Origin: Candidatus Izemoplasmatales bacterium
GTDB taxonomy: Bacteria > Bacillota_I > Bacilli_A > Izemoplasmatales > Hujiaoplasmataceae
NCBI GenBank assembly: GCA_050949045.1
Contig: JBMNEZ010000001.1
Coordinates: 1,292,139-1,356,138 of the forward strand
Direction: 5' to 3'
DNA: 64,000 nucleotides
The translations under genes and the position numbers were made by a program. This document shows, one piece after another, positions 49,489 through 61,299 of the stretch. Numbering within the stretch: the first letter of the stretch is position 1; each line of letters starts with the position of its first letter. The notes below the pieces were generated by a model that made no database searches, had not been told where the DNA came from, and was given only the letters and a program-made list of their open reading frames with translations.

Positions 49489-50311
49489 GTTTTAAAATGG
49501 AATAGTTTTTGAAATAATACACATAAAATCTTTAAACAAACAAACACCATTTATAAGTGATTATTTTAAAATTCACCACAATTCTGATTATTTGTAATAA
49601 TAAATTAATTTTTCAAAAGCCAAGTTATTATTCAGGTTTTCCACGTTTCCTATATCCTGAATTATCTTAAAAACTTCTTTTTTGAAAACAAAGGCACTAT
49701 TGACATGAGTGGTAGTTGTATAAACACACAACAGTCAATCCAAAAGCACAAAAAAAGAAAACCGCTTTTTGTAAGATGAATATTTCGCAACTTCTTTTAT
49801 TGAACATCCATCTTTATATAATGCGATTTATCACTAAATAACTCCTTTTCATCTATGTAAATTACGGGTTGTCGATTCAGCAAATTCTTGTGTCATTCAA
49901 ATGTTGATTCACACTAAATTGCGCTTTATAATTATCTAAAAAGATAATTATGTAGTGGCATTTCATTTTACAAGATTTTATGGCTTGCTTTTTTAGTAAG
50001 TTTAAATAAGCGTTTGCATTACATTAATGATAGAAAGGCACAAAAAATAAGCATACAATGATTGTCAAGGGTGCCGATTAGGGACCCTATAGTTCTATGG
50101 AGTAAAGACATGAAAAAATGCTTTGGTTTTTATGTGAATAAAACATTAATGATATTTATATAGAAAGGAGTTCGATGATATTTGAAATATGTTTTTACTC
50201 GTTCTATAATTTTTCAAAATAAATAAATAAGGAGGGTGAGAACAAAAAGCATAGGCTGATTTTTTAGATTTTAAAAAAAAGAAAAAATTTTTATCAAGGA
50301 GAAAGGAAAAG

Positions 50312-53300
50312 ATGAAAAGAAAAAGTAAGAATTATTTAAAAATGGCAATTGCATTTGTACTGGCGCTTTTTTTGACGGTTTCTGCACCGCTCGCTAGTAT
50401 TGTTGCCGAAGCTCCAGAAAATTTTGAAGGGAAGTATTTCACTGACTTCAATTCGCTCGAAGATGCAAAAAATGCTGCAATAGAACTGTCTCGCGAGATT
50501 GCACAGGAGGGTGACGTTCTCTTAAAAAATAAGGATAATGCACTCCCGCTGAGCGGAAATGAATGGGTCAGCGTATTCGGCGTTAGGTCTGACAACCTCG
50601 TCGGCGCATCTGACAGTGCGGGCGCATTTTCAAGCAGTTCATCGACTAGCGATTCGACTTTGGCTTCTGCGCTTGAAGCTGCGGGACTCATAGTAAATCC
50701 CACTTTGAAAGACTTTTATGCAAACGACACATCAGGAATTGGCAACGAAAATACCCAGTTTAACGGGCTGGTTAATAATTCGTTTGCTCTTTATGATGAC
50801 GTGGCATTTATATTGCTTTCTAGATCGGGAGGAGAAGGCGGAGATGCATCGCGCGTAACCCAAGAAGTAGTTGGTGAAGACGATGATCATAAGGCCCTTT
50901 TGGCTAAGGAAGATAGCGAGGGCGTTGTTCGTCACTATAAACATTCACTCATGCTTACTAATAGCGAAGAGGTATTAATCGATCTGGTAAAATCAAAATT
51001 CAAAAAAGTAGTCGTTATTCTAAATACTTCAAATGCCATGGAAATCGATGACTTAAAGAATGATGACGGGATTGATGCTATTATCCATATCGGTCGTCCT
51101 GGTGTAGGTGGACTTGACGGGCTGGCAGATATTATTGTTGGTAAAGTTTCTCCTTCGGGTTCGCTGGTTGACGAATGGCCAGTAGACTTTACGGCAGACC
51201 CCATATGGTATAATTTCGGCAATAACAATCAGACTGCCGGATATCTGGGCGGCGCAGGAACTTCCGCATATTATCATGCCGATGGCACAAAGACGGGAGC
51301 TACTGGATATTCCACAGAATATGAAGGCAGAGAGGGTTACTACGGCATTGATTATGAAGAAGGAATTTATCTAGGCTATAAATACTACGAAACTGTATAT
51401 ACCGAGATAGCCTTAGGCAATCTCACCTATGAAGAAGGCGTTCTTTCAGAAGACCCCAATGCTGGTGACGATAAAGTCGCGCAAGCTAACGCGTGGTGGA
51501 CCGACAACGTCGCTTATCCATTCGGCTATGGACTGTCTTATACAACTTTCAGTTTTGACGCCAAGGGCTTGTTTACGGATGAGTCATGCGAAACCGCACT
51601 CGGAAGTTCGGTAAACGCTACTAAATTCAATTCCTCATTGGGCAACAAAGCACAAGTCGATAAACTATATCTTCCTGTTGAAGTGAGAAATACGGGAACA
51701 GTTGCAGGCAAACAGACTGTTCAGGTTTACGTTACCGCTCCTTATATCAACGGCGGTGTAGAAAAATCAGCTGTGACTTTAGTCGGATTTGCAAAGACCG
51801 ATACGCTTCAACCGGGTAAAGCTCAGACTGTAGTGGTCGAGTTCAATGTCCAGGATATGGCTTCATGGGACTCCAGCGCAGCAAACGGCGATGGTACTAA
51901 TGGTCATTATATTTTAGATGCAGGCGAATATATCATAAGGGCTATGGTGGATTCACATTACGATTATGCAACTGATGTAGATGATACGACAGACGCTTAT
52001 GACGAAGAGAGATTTACATTGAATGAAAAAGCCCATCTCAAAATTGATGATTTTTCAGGTCTTGAACTTAGAAACTTATTTACTACCGGTGATAACGATG
52101 TTAGTTCGGGCGAAAACGTGAAAGTGGACGATATCAACTACGGAAACGTAAGAACTGCGGCTATGATGCTAGACGGCACAAGCGGAATGACGATTCTTTC
52201 TCGTGCTAACCTTGTATCGACTTTCCCGAAAGCACCGGTGACTTACGTTGGCGGATTTCTCATTTCAGCTTTCACTGAATTTGACGCTACGAAAGCTTAT
52301 GTGACCGGTGATCTTGTTAAGACTCCGACGTATGATGGTCAATTCTCTTCAAGCATTTTGGATTTCTCAGATGAGACGGCCTATGCAATCGGTGATCTTG
52401 TCAAAAACAGTAATAAATATTATAAGTTTAAAGTAGCACATCCTGCAGGTGCTTGGGATTCGGCTCATGTAGATCAACTTACTGCTGTTGTAAGCTATTA
52501 TAAGTTTTTAGTAGATCATGCCGCAGGCGCTTTGAGTACAGAAGAAGTTCAGAAATTGAGTTTCAGTGGCGATCTCACATTTAAAGAAGAAGTGCTCGCA
52601 AACTGGGCGTTCTGGGATAATTTTACAGTAAGCAATAAAGGTGTTCAAGGTGGCAAACCCACTACAAACGCTGGCAAAACATATTTTGATCGTGTATCAG
52701 GCACTTATAACGCAAAGAAAAATTATACTCGCGACATGATTACCGATCCATGGTATAAGGCTGAAGAAGATATTCCTGAGGGATGGACACAGGCAACGGG
52801 AGTTTATGATGTAAATCATAAAGTCAAGAGTAATAGAACAGAAATGGCTTTCCCAATGTATGTTTCGTCTGCGGAAGAAAGCACAATCAAATTCAAGGAT
52901 ATGTACGGCGTTCCTTATGATGACCCAAAGTGGGATTTGTTCCTTAATCAACTTACTTATGACGAACTTTGTTCGGTAGTAGAATTTGGCGGATACTCCA
53001 CAGTTGATATTGCTTCCGTTGGCAAGATTAAAACTGAAGATTCCGATGGACCAAACAACTGGGACGGCAGCCACTGCTGGCCTTCGGAAGATTTGATTGC
53101 TTCCACTTTCAATGTCGAGCTTGCGGAAAAGCAAGGCAAATTGATGGGCAATCTCGGCCTTTTGAAAAAAGTTGAAAGCACGCAGACCGGTTGGTATGCT
53201 CCTGGAGCGGATATTCATCGTTCTCCTTTCTCGGGGCGTAATAACGAATATTATTCACAGGATAGCCTGCAAGGTGGCTATATAGCGGCTGCAGTTGTCA

Positions 53301-54889
53301 AAGGAGTTCAATCCAAGGGTATCGTTTGCTATGTTAAACACTGCTTTATGAATGACCAAGAATCTAACCGCGGTAATCTCTTCACGTGGGCAACAGAGCA
53401 ATCTATGCGCGAATCATACACCAAGACTTTCCAGATGGCTCTTCAAGAGGGCGGTTCCAAGGGCGCAATGGTCGGCTATGGCAGACTTGGAGGACTTTCT
53501 AATACCAATAACTATAATCTTAATACCGAACTTTATCAAAATCAGTGGGGCACTCAAGCTTGCTTCGTTACAGACGGCTACATTGGTTGGGTTGCCAGAA
53601 CTGACCTTGATATGATGGTTCGTACAGGGAACATATTCGAGCTTTATACAACTCCTTTCGTAGAGTATCTTTCTGGCGAATGGGATCCTGAAAAGCAGAC
53701 GGTTTTGGTTGACGGGCCAGAGGTTGAAGGAGTAATTAGCAAAGTCGAAAGCTATACACAGTGGTATTGCGTTCGCATGTGTGCAAAGAGCGTTCTGTTT
53801 AGTACTGTGGAATCGGTTGGACAGCGCAACGGTTATTCCGAATTGATGATTCCAGGCGGAGCGTTGATAGATGGTATGCAAGCTGTTAACTATCAAGCGA
53901 GCACATCTATTCAAAGTTTGCTTGACAGCGATTCAACGGTAGCTTACTCGTTAGTTGGCACTCTTCCTCAAGGGTTGACGCTTAATGCTAGAACCGGAGC
54001 AATCAGCGGCAAGCCGACAGTGACAGGAGACTTTAATTTCAAAGTAAGAACTGTGATTGACGGATTTATCGGCGCATCTACTAATTATTCCATAAGGATT
54101 GTTCCTGCGCTTGCTTTGGACGCTGAAGGCGACGATGTAAATGCAATGATAGTCGGTACGGAATTCATGAATCAAATCGTTTCTACTGAATTTACTACTG
54201 ATAAATACACTTCGATCAAGTATGCAGTTAAAGACGGTGTTCTTCCTGATGGAATTACGCTTAGTGAAGACGGCACGATTCAAGGCACGCCGACAGCAGA
54301 AGGCAATTATGATGTCGTTATTGAAATGACAGCGACAAAAACCACTAGCGGTGGCGGAGGCAAGGGCGGTAAAGGCGGGTCTACGACCACGACGACAAAA
54401 ATCGAATTACCGATTACCTTTGTCGTTGCTGGCGATGGCGAGGTCCCCGAATGGACAGAAAATGTTCCTTACGTCGGCGATAACGGCAACTGGTTTATTA
54501 ACGGAGAAGATACCAATATTTCTTCTAAAGGCATTAAGGGCGACAAAGGCGACAAGGGCGACAAGGGCGAAAAAGGTGCCAAGGGCGATCCTGGCGAAAC
54601 CGGTCCTGCCGGTCCTGCTGGAGCCGATGGCCTCCAAGGCGAAACCGGTCCTGCCGGTCCTGCTGGAGCCGATGGCCTCCAAGGCGAAACTGGTCCTAAG
54701 GGCGACAAGGGCGATCCTGGCGAAACCGGTCCTGCCGGTCCAGCTGGTCCTGCTGGAAAAGATGCAGAACCGATAAGTGGATGCAGTAGCAATGTTGCCG
54801 GAGGTTGGGCTCTTCCCGCAGTGATGTTGCCTCTAGTTTGTTTTGCGCTTGCGATAAGAAAAAAAGAGCGTAAAGATTTAGTAAAGTAA
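50312..54889 (+). CDS. Membrane-anchored GH3 beta-glycosidase (permuted domain order) with CBM-like insert, Ig domains and collagen stalk
   Basis: [27 protein letters not shown] and [10 protein letters not shown] come first; then [24 protein letters not shown] and VTDGY. Also He_PIG-like [16 protein letters not shown], Gly-X-Y repeats and a C-terminal TM followed by basic residues. Confidence 0.9.
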   Translation: MKRKSKNYLKMAIAFVLALFLTVSAPLASIVAEAPENFEGKYFTDFNSLEDAKNAAIELSREIAQEGDVLLKNKDNALPLSGNEWVSVFGVRSDNLVGASDSAGAFSSSSSTSDSTLASALEAAGLIVNPTLKDFYANDTSGIGNENTQFNGLVNNSFALYDDVAFILLSRSGGEGGDASRVTQEVVGEDDDHKALLAKEDSEGVVRHYKHSLMLTNSEEVLIDLVKSKFKKVVVILNTSNAMEIDDLKNDDGIDAIIHIGRPGVGGLDGLADIIVGKVSPSGSLVDEWPVDFTADPIWYNFGNNNQTAGYLGGAGTSAYYHADGTKTGATGYSTEYEGREGYYGIDYEEGIYLGYKYYETVYTEIALGNLTYEEGVLSEDPNAGDDKVAQANAWWTDNVAYPFGYGLSYTTFSFDAKGLFTDESCETALGSSVNATKFNSSLGNKAQVDKLYLPVEVRNTGTVAGKQTVQVYVTAPYINGGVEKSAVTLVGFAKTDTLQPGKAQTVVVEFNVQDMASWDSSAANGDGTNGHYILDAGEYIIRAMVDSHYDYATDVDDTTDAYDEERFTLNEKAHLKIDDFSGLELRNLFTTGDNDVSSGENVKVDDINYGNVRTAAMMLDGTSGMTILSRANLVSTFPKAPVTYVGGFLISAFTEFDATKAYVTGDLVKTPTYDGQFSSSILDFSDETAYAIGDLVKNSNKYYKFKVAHPAGAWDSAHVDQLTAVVSYYKFLVDHAAGALSTEEVQKLSFSGDLTFKEEVLANWAFWDNFTVSNKGVQGGKPTTNAGKTYFDRVSGTYNAKKNYTRDMITDPWYKAEEDIPEGWTQATGVYDVNHKVKSNRTEMAFPMYVSSAEESTIKFKDMYGVPYDDPKWDLFLNQLTYDELCSVVEFGGYSTVDIASVGKIKTEDSDGPNNWDGSHCWPSEDLIASTFNVELAEKQGKLMGNLGLLKKVESTQTGWYAPGADIHRSPFSGRNNEYYSQDSLQGGYIAAAVVKGVQSKGIVCYVKHCFMNDQESNRGNLFTWATEQSMRESYTKTFQMALQEGGSKGAMVGYGRLGGLSNTNNYNLNTELYQNQWGTQACFVTDGYIGWVARTDLDMMVRTGNIFELYTTPFVEYLSGEWDPEKQTVLVDGPEVEGVISKVESYTQWYCVRMCAKSVLFSTVESVGQRNGYSELMIPGGALIDGMQAVNYQASTSIQSLLDSDSTVAYSLVGTLPQGLTLNARTGAISGKPTVTGDFNFKVRTVIDGFIGASTNYSIRIVPALALDAEGDDVNAMIVGTEFMNQIVSTEFTTDKYTSIKYAVKDGVLPDGITLSEDGTIQGTPTAEGNYDVVIEMTATKTTSGGGGKGGKGGSTTTTTKIELPITFVVAGDGEVPEWTENVPYVGDNGNWFINGEDTNISSKGIKGDKGDKGDKGEKGAKGDPGETGPAGPAGADGLQGETGPAGPAGADGLQGETGPKGDKGDPGETGPAGPAGPAGKDAEPISGCSSNVAGGWALPAVMLPLVCFALAIRKKERKDLVK
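54530..54763 (+). repeat. Collagen-like Gly-X-Y repeat (26 triplets)
   Basis: [15 protein letters not shown]...GPA GPA GKD uninterrupted; contains a 45-bp internal duplication. Confidence 0.95.
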
Positions 54890-54935
54890 CAAGTTCGGTA
54901 ATTATTAACAAAACATAGAGTTTTAGTAGTCAAGA

Positions 54936-54985
54936 AACCGAGACCAGGCTCTGCCGATATATTTTCGGTAGAGCCATTCTCGGTT
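54936..54985 (+). other. Intergenic stem-loop without U tract
   Basis: AACCGAGA..GGCTCTGCCGA-TATATTT-TCGGTAGAGCC..TCTCGGTT. Confidence 0.8.
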
Positions 54986-55021
54986 ATGGTGTTACTTTCT
55001 ACTAAACAAGGAGGAATAAAA

Positions 55022-56338
55022 ATGAATAAATTCACAAAATGGATGGGCCTTGTTCTATCTTTTCTTCTGACGACGGCGATTTTCTTTCTTACTAGTTGTG
55101 GAAGGACCAGCACTACCAGTAGCACTACCAGTAGCACCAACACTATCAGTAGTACCAGCACTATCAGTAACACCAGTACTACCAGTAGCCCCGGCCCTGT
55201 CAGTAGCACCACTACTACCAGTAGCCCCGGCCCTGTCAGTAGTACCATTACTACCAGCAGCCCCGGCCCTGTCAGTAGCACCACTACTACCAGTAGCACT
55301 GGCCCTGTCAGTAGCACCAGCGTGATCTACTATACCATTTCTTTTGAAACTAATGGTGGGAGCGAAATACCTTCTCAACAAGTTCAAGGAGGTTTTTTTG
55401 CGACCAGGCCTGAAGATCCGACAAAAACGAATTTTGTTTTCAGCGGATGGTTCAAAGATGAAAATCTTGAATCTATATATGATTTTGATACAGAGATAGT
55501 AACTTCAGATATCACAATTTATGCAAGTTGGTCATCACCGGGAGATACGTCAATTGCAAACTTTTATTGGAACTATGTTGGCGCACCCGAAGAAATATAT
55601 TTTTCAAAGGTATTCAAGAACAATACTCGCATTGAAGACCCAGGGACACCAGAACGAGAAGGGTTCTATTTTGCCGGATGGTTTATTGAAGACGGCACGG
55701 CATATAATAAATTGACAAGATATACAGGAAATCAACAGTTCTATGCTAAATGGAAACAAATATACATATTTGAAGCGGAAAAAACGCAACTCACTGGGCT
55801 TATGGATGACATCGAGTTGGGATTGGCAACCGATACGGGCGCAAAACGAGGATATAATTATTCCGGTGAAGCAAACGGAGTCAACCTTATTAAATCGCAT
55901 AGTGATGCAAGCGGCGGCAAATACATCTCCGGCCTTTACTATCGCGGTGGTTATTTGCAATTCGAAATCAATTCAGATAAAGCAGTGGCGGACGCGACCC
56001 TTCGTTTAGTTCTTTCCTGCGAGTATGCGGATATTTCTCTGACTTACAAAACTTATAAAATCATGGTAAATAGGACAGAACTTAAATATGACAACAACAT
56101 CAATTTAGGGACAGGCGCGGGAGTGTCAACGGAACCAGGACCTCGTGGAGGTTTTACGGAGATAATTATTGGTAATATCAATCTCAATCAAGGCAATAAT
56201 GTCATTCGGCTTACTGTAAATAATAATCAGACTCCAGCAGGCGATCCAGGCACTGTCGATGCCGCTTCTCCCATTGTTGATTGCATTATAATTTATGCCG
56301 ATGCTGCACTTACGATGACGGAATATCCCAATTCTTAA
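55022..56338 (+). CDS. Lipoprotein with Ser/Thr repeats, InlB B-repeat-like domains and CBM6/35-like C-terminal module
   Basis: SD AGGAGG; lipobox LTSC; YTISFETNGGS...P.DPTK..F.FSGWF..; IFEAEK...ASGGKYI...LNQGNNVIRL. Confidence 0.75.
   Translation: MNKFTKWMGLVLSFLLTTAIFFLTSCGRTSTTSSTTSSTNTISSTSTISNTSTTSSPGPVSSTTTTSSPGPVSSTITTSSPGPVSSTTTTSSTGPVSSTSVIYYTISFETNGGSEIPSQQVQGGFFATRPEDPTKTNFVFSGWFKDENLESIYDFDTEIVTSDITIYASWSSPGDTSIANFYWNYVGAPEEIYFSKVFKNNTRIEDPGTPEREGFYFAGWFIEDGTAYNKLTRYTGNQQFYAKWKQIYIFEAEKTQLTGLMDDIELGLATDTGAKRGYNYSGEANGVNLIKSHSDASGGKYISGLYYRGGYLQFEINSDKAVADATLRLVLSCEYADISLTYKTYKIMVNRTELKYDNNINLGTGAGVSTEPGPRGGFTEIIIGNINLNQGNNVIRLTVNNNQTPAGDPGTVDAASPIVDCIIIYADAALTMTEYPNS
55108..55321 (+). 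repeat. Coding Ser/Thr tandem repeat including 36-bp STTTSSPGPVS-type units
   Basis: Repeated AGTAGCACCACTACTACCAGTAGCCCCGGCCCTGTC. Confidence 0.9.
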
Positions 56339-56359
56339 AAGAGGCTGAGAAAAAGACCA

Positions 56360-56791
56360 ATGAAAAAAATAAAAGAATATTTATTGAATCGAGGGGTAGG
56401 ATACTATCTTACTCTTGTCGCGATTGCATTATGCATTGCGGCTTTATGCTTATACATTAAAAACGGAATTACTTCATTTAATCCCGAACTCAACACAAGA
56501 GCCATCGCATACATCGCCGTGTGCCTTGGTTTGTGTATAATAAGCCTTATTTTTGATTTCAAACAGATCAGATATGTTGCTTATTTGTTTTGCCTATATG
56601 CGTTTATGTGGTTTATTTATTCGCAAGTAACTTATATCGCCAATGTTTTTATCGCAATTGACAACAATACTTTTTCCAGCGGGTTCATCGCAACGGCGAT
56701 AACATATGTATTATCATTTGCCTTAACGCTGATTGCCGCGATACTGAGCGATTGGAAGCCGTGGATAAAAAAAGCAGATAAAGGAGCATAA
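56360..56791 (+). CDS. Small four-TM membrane protein
   Basis: Four hydrophobic helices; tight coupling to flanking genes. Confidence 0.7.
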   Translation: MKKIKEYLLNRGVGYYLTLVAIALCIAALCLYIKNGITSFNPELNTRAIAYIAVCLGLCIISLIFDFKQIRYVAYLFCLYAFMWFIYSQVTYIANVFIAIDNNTFSSGFIATAITYVLSFALTLIAAILSDWKPWIKKADKGA

Positions 56792-56793
56792 GC

Positions 56794-59763
56794 ATGAACG
56801 GAAAATTTGTAAAAATTCTAAGCCATAAAATATTTACGAAGAAAAGGCTTTGGGGAGTCCTTTCCATCGTGCTTGCTAGCTTTGCTGTTGTGATAACAGG
56901 CGGATTGCAAATTGCAAATAGTCAGAGTGCGGCAATCAATCACGCATTAGGCATTTCTGGGTCAGAAATAAATTATTCGACCGACGAAGAGTATCAGTAT
57001 TTTAAATCAGCCTATTCTGCGGACGAATATGCGGAACTTCAAGCAGACTATTTAGATGTTTGTGAGCAAATCGAAGGTGAGGGACTGGTTCTCCTCAAAA
57101 ACGAAAATAATGCGTTGCCGCTTGCAGAAAATGAGAAAGTCGGGCTCTTTTTTACAGGGTCGGTTTTCTTTAATTATGCTACTTCGGGATCTTCCAGCGC
57201 GAACACAGAAGGATATACCGACTTTAAAACGGTGCTTGAAGGAGAAGGGCTGTCAGTAAACAGCAGTTTGTGGGATTTTTATGAGGACATGATTGAAGAG
57301 GGATACGGTCGTTATAAACAAGGCACATTGTACGTTATCAACGAGGTCCCTTATGACGAATTTGAAGACGAATTGATTTCCACTTTCAGCACATATTCCA
57401 CGGCGATTGTAAATATTGCGCGCAGCAGTGGAGAGGGCGCGGACCTGACCACATCTTCGCTTTACACAGGCGGACTCGATGGCAGTTATCTTTCATTGAG
57501 TCAAGAGGAATTTGATACATTGGAAGCATTGACTGAAATGAAAAAAGTGGGAACCATCAACAAGATTATTGTGATCCTCAATTCGTCCGCAACCATTCAG
57601 CTCGATTTTCTTGATAATGATTCGATAGATGTCGATTCATGTCTTTGGGTGGGGAATGTTGGAAAGAGCGGAATCTTTGCTGTCGCAAAGGCTCTGACGG
57701 GGAAAATCGTGCCTTCAGGGAAACTTTCGGATACATATCTGAAAAACAATTTTTCTTCGCCGGCGATGATGCAACAAAGTTATAATAATTATAAGAAGTT
57801 TATGTCGGCTTATGAAAACGCCGGCAGTCTCACCGATGATTCTCAAAAATATTACGGCGTTTATAGCGAAGGAATATATGTCGGTTATCGCTATTATGAA
57901 ACGCGCTATACTGATTATGTGAACGGCGTAGAGAATACCGGTGAATACAATTATTCCGAAGATGTTGCTTATCCGTTCGGGTATGGTCTTTCTTATGCTG
58001 ATTTTAGTTATTCAGATTTTAGCGTTCAAGAATCAGAAGACGGAAAAAGTTTTAATGTTTCGGTAACGGTTAAAAATAACAGTGCAACCTATGATGGAAA
58101 AGAGGCTGTATGTATATATCTTCAGAAGCCTTATACCGATTATGATAAAGCAAATGGCGTTGAAAAGGCGGCAGTGGAACTTGTTGGGTATTCCAAAACG
58201 GGGGTTATAGCTCACGGCGGTCAGGAAACTGTAACGATAAATGTAAAGAAAGAACAATTCAAGAGTTATGACGCAAACGGCGCAAAGACTTATATTGTCG
58301 ATGCTGGACAATATTATCTTACGGTAGCAAATGGAGCGCATGAGGCAGCGAATAATATTCTCGCATTACAAGGCAAAACGGTAGAAAACACACAAAACAG
58401 GATGGATAAAAACGGAAATGCGCTTCTTGCCAAAATGGTTTGGAACAATCCCACATTGGATACAGAAACATATTCTGTTTCTTCCCATACAGGGAATGCT
58501 ATCGTCAATCAACTTGACTTTGCCGATCTGAACAAGTACGAGGGTAGCAATACTCAAGTAACTTATGTATCAAGGGGAAACTGGGTTGGCACTCTTCCAA
58601 AAGAAAAAATTATCATTTCTCTCACAGAAAGGATGATTTCGGATTTGCAGAGTAAAAAAGCGATTCCCGAATCCGTTGGTGCGTCGATGCCTTCATACGG
58701 AAGAAATAATGGGTTAACGCTGGCTTCTCTCCGCGGGAAGGCTTACGATCACCCAGATTGGGAAAAGTTGCTCGATCAGATGACTTTTGAAGAACAATCT
58801 TATCTCCTCACAAACGGTATGTACTCTACCGTTGTTGTGGAGTCGGTCGCCAAACCGAACACAAAGGAATTTGACGGACCGACGGGAGTTGTCGGGTCAA
58901 AAGGCAATTTATCCATGCCTAGCGAAGGAATATGGGCATCTTCGTATAATAACGATCTCATCAAAAGAGTAGGCGAAATGCTCGCCGAAGATGCCAGAGC
59001 GCTTGGGTACAGCGGTTTATACGCAAACGCAATCAATATTCACAGAATGCCATTCGGAGGAAGATCGCACGAGTATTTCTCGGAAGATCCTTATCTAAGC
59101 GCGATTGCGGGAGTAAACGAAGTTCAGGGAATTCAGTCGAAAGGCGTGATTGCAAACGTAAAACATCTCGCATTCAATGATCAGGAAGATCATCGTGCGG
59201 GCGGTAGCGTCTGGCTGAACGAACAAGAAGCACGAGAGATTATACTTCTGCCTTTCGAATATGAGCTGTCATCTGCAGAAGGAATGGGCAATGCCCATGC
59301 TGTGATGACGGCAATGAATCGTATTGGGACTGACTGGATAGGGGCAAACGAAAATGTTCTCATCAATATTATGCGCGGAGAATGGGGTTTTGACGGCTAT
59401 TGCATTACGGATATGGCGGCATCGGATACGGCATACATCATGAATTATCAAGACGGGATTTCGCGTGGTACGGACCTTTTCTTAGGCAACGGTTCAAATA
59501 AGGCATTGGCGGAATTTCAAAATAATGCAAGTTACTGTCAGCGTATGAGAGAAGCATCGCACAGAATTTTGTATGCTATATGTAATTTTAGCGCAGCGAT
59601 GAACGGAATTTATATTGATACGGAAGTATCTTCTACAAGTTGGTGGTGGCAAACAGCGATTATTTGTGTCGACAGTATTTTAATAGTTCTTACCATCGGC
59701 GCAACAGCGATGTATGTTTTGTCTGAAACAGCAGAACGGTTTAGAAGAAAAGAAAACGCTTAG
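56794..59763 (+). CDS. Second permuted GH3 beta-glycosidase with N- and C-terminal TM segments
   Basis: [81 protein letters not shown]. Confidence 0.92.
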   Translation: MNGKFVKILSHKIFTKKRLWGVLSIVLASFAVVITGGLQIANSQSAAINHALGISGSEINYSTDEEYQYFKSAYSADEYAELQADYLDVCEQIEGEGLVLLKNENNALPLAENEKVGLFFTGSVFFNYATSGSSSANTEGYTDFKTVLEGEGLSVNSSLWDFYEDMIEEGYGRYKQGTLYVINEVPYDEFEDELISTFSTYSTAIVNIARSSGEGADLTTSSLYTGGLDGSYLSLSQEEFDTLEALTEMKKVGTINKIIVILNSSATIQLDFLDNDSIDVDSCLWVGNVGKSGIFAVAKALTGKIVPSGKLSDTYLKNNFSSPAMMQQSYNNYKKFMSAYENAGSLTDDSQKYYGVYSEGIYVGYRYYETRYTDYVNGVENTGEYNYSEDVAYPFGYGLSYADFSYSDFSVQESEDGKSFNVSVTVKNNSATYDGKEAVCIYLQKPYTDYDKANGVEKAAVELVGYSKTGVIAHGGQETVTINVKKEQFKSYDANGAKTYIVDAGQYYLTVANGAHEAANNILALQGKTVENTQNRMDKNGNALLAKMVWNNPTLDTETYSVSSHTGNAIVNQLDFADLNKYEGSNTQVTYVSRGNWVGTLPKEKIIISLTERMISDLQSKKAIPESVGASMPSYGRNNGLTLASLRGKAYDHPDWEKLLDQMTFEEQSYLLTNGMYSTVVVESVAKPNTKEFDGPTGVVGSKGNLSMPSEGIWASSYNNDLIKRVGEMLAEDARALGYSGLYANAINIHRMPFGGRSHEYFSEDPYLSAIAGVNEVQGIQSKGVIANVKHLAFNDQEDHRAGGSVWLNEQEAREIILLPFEYELSSAEGMGNAHAVMTAMNRIGTDWIGANENVLINIMRGEWGFDGYCITDMAASDTAYIMNYQDGISRGTDLFLGNGSNKALAEFQNNASYCQRMREASHRILYAICNFSAAMNGIYIDTEVSSTSWWWQTAIICVDSILIVLTIGATAMYVLSETAERFRRKENA

Positions 59764-59773
59764 GCATACCATC

Positions 59774-59801
59774 AATGCGCCCCTGTTTCAAGGGGCGCAT
59801 T
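59774..59801 (+). other. Perfect 11-bp hairpin after the second GH3 (weak or no U tract)
   Basis: AATGCGCCCCT-GTTTCA-AGGGGCGCATT. Confidence 0.8.
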
Positions 59802-59832
59802 ATCCTGTTACTTTGGAAATGCGGAGGTCACT

Positions 59833-61299
59833 ATGATAAAAAATAGAAGACCACGAATTATCACTTCGATTCTGTTAGCTCTTTTTGTTGTATGTATGGT
59901 TTGCGCCCCTTTTGCCAGTGTTTATATTGTGGAACGGTCTGTTCCCAAGCAATATACGCAAACTTATTACGGAGCATTATCCGTATTGTATTCACAATTA
60001 AAAGAAACTGACAGTAAAAAAATAGTCATCATTGGAAATTCCAATGTCGCTTTTGGTGTGGATTCTGCGCTTGCCGAAGAGTTACTGAAGGATGCGGGAA
60101 TAGATTATTCGGTTCGTAATTTTGGGCTGTATGGCGCGCTTGGAACAAAAATGATGTGTGAACTTGCTTACAATCAAATAAAAAAAGACGATGAAGTAAT
60201 AATTGCTTTGGAACTTGTAGAACAGTCTTTGTCGACCTATTTTTCAGCTGAAGAGGCCTGGTATGCAATAGACGGAGACAAAAGCATGTACGATTGTTTT
60301 TCAGGCGACATGAAGAGTGCTCTTACAGTCGAATACATTGCCTATGCGGCGAAGAAACTTGCTCAATATGAAAAAGGGACACCGTCTGCAGGGAGCGGCA
60401 TTTATTCGAGTCTGTCGTTTGACGAACGAGGAGATCTGAAGAATTATGAGCGCCCTTATAACGTAATGCCAGACGGTGTAGACCTCAATAATCCAATCAT
60501 TTTCGATGCGAATTTGTTTTCCGACTCTTTTGTCGAATATATCAATGAATATGCCAAAAGAGTGCAAGAGAAAGGAGCGCATCTCTATTTTTCTTTTGCC
60601 CCGATGAACAGAAGCGCGATTTCCGACGAAGAGATGGGGAAAATAAGCGATTTTTACTTTCATGTAGAAGAAAAACTGGAATTTCCAATCATTAGTAACA
60701 TAGACGATTATATTTTAGACGAAGAATGGTTTTATGATTTCAATTATCATTTGAATGAAAGCGGCATGACGGTCAGAACGGTTCAACTGGTAAATGATAT
60801 AAAAAATCAATTTGGAAATACGTCAAAAACAAATTATCGGCTCCCCGACAAACCGATTTTGCCCGATTCAACGGTGGAAGGTGAAGGCGATAATACTCAT
60901 GCGGATATGTTTGAGTACCATTTGGACGGAAGCTATTATACGATAATAGGCCTAACCGAAGAAGGGAAAAATGCGAAAGAACTGATAATTCCTTACCAAG
61001 TAAACGGCATATATGTCAAAGATTTTTCATCGCTTGTCTTCTTAGACAATAAGAATATTGAGAGTATTACCGTGCAGGAAAATATTCATATGTTGTCAAA
61101 CGGCTGCTTCTCGGGATGCGATGATTTAAAACAAATCATTTTGAGACATGCCAAACCCGCAGATATTTCTGTTGGTTTTGAACTGTTGACGGGCGCACCA
61201 ATAGATTGTATAATACTCGTTCCAAAAGAGAGTTTAAGCCAATTTCAGAACAATTATTTTTGGGGGAAATATGCGAAGCAATTGCAAGGATATGAATAA
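59833..61299 (+). CDS. SGNH/DltD-like membrane-anchored protein with C-terminal BspA-type LRR
   Basis: N-terminal TM; IIGNSNVAFG, NFGLYGALG, YDFNYHLN (DxxxH); C-terminal IIPYQVNG..V / FSGCDDLK LRR_5-like repeats. Confidence 0.65.
   Translation: MIKNRRPRIITSILLALFVVCMVCAPFASVYIVERSVPKQYTQTYYGALSVLYSQLKETDSKKIVIIGNSNVAFGVDSALAEELLKDAGIDYSVRNFGLYGALGTKMMCELAYNQIKKDDEVIIALELVEQSLSTYFSAEEAWYAIDGDKSMYDCFSGDMKSALTVEYIAYAAKKLAQYEKGTPSAGSGIYSSLSFDERGDLKNYERPYNVMPDGVDLNNPIIFDANLFSDSFVEYINEYAKRVQEKGAHLYFSFAPMNRSAISDEEMGKISDFYFHVEEKLEFPIISNIDDYILDEEWFYDFNYHLNESGMTVRTVQLVNDIKNQFGNTSKTNYRLPDKPILPDSTVEGEGDNTHADMFEYHLDGSYYTIIGLTEEGKNAKELIIPYQVNGIYVKDFSSLVFLDNKNIESITVQENIHMLSNGCFSGCDDLKQIILRHAKPADISVGFELLTGAPIDCIILVPKESLSQFQNNYFWGKYAKQLQGYE

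Noticed and set aside
49500..50311. Remaining AT-rich intergenic DNA as possible origin or IS scar
   Set aside because: No DnaA-box cluster, terminal inverted repeats or transposase remnant could be identified by eye.
54351..55387. Alternative-frame and antisense ORFs over the collagen and Ser/Thr repeats; collagen as a prophage tail-fibre sign
   Set aside because: These are frame artefacts of repeats. The collagen is in frame within the GH3 and no phage genes are nearby.
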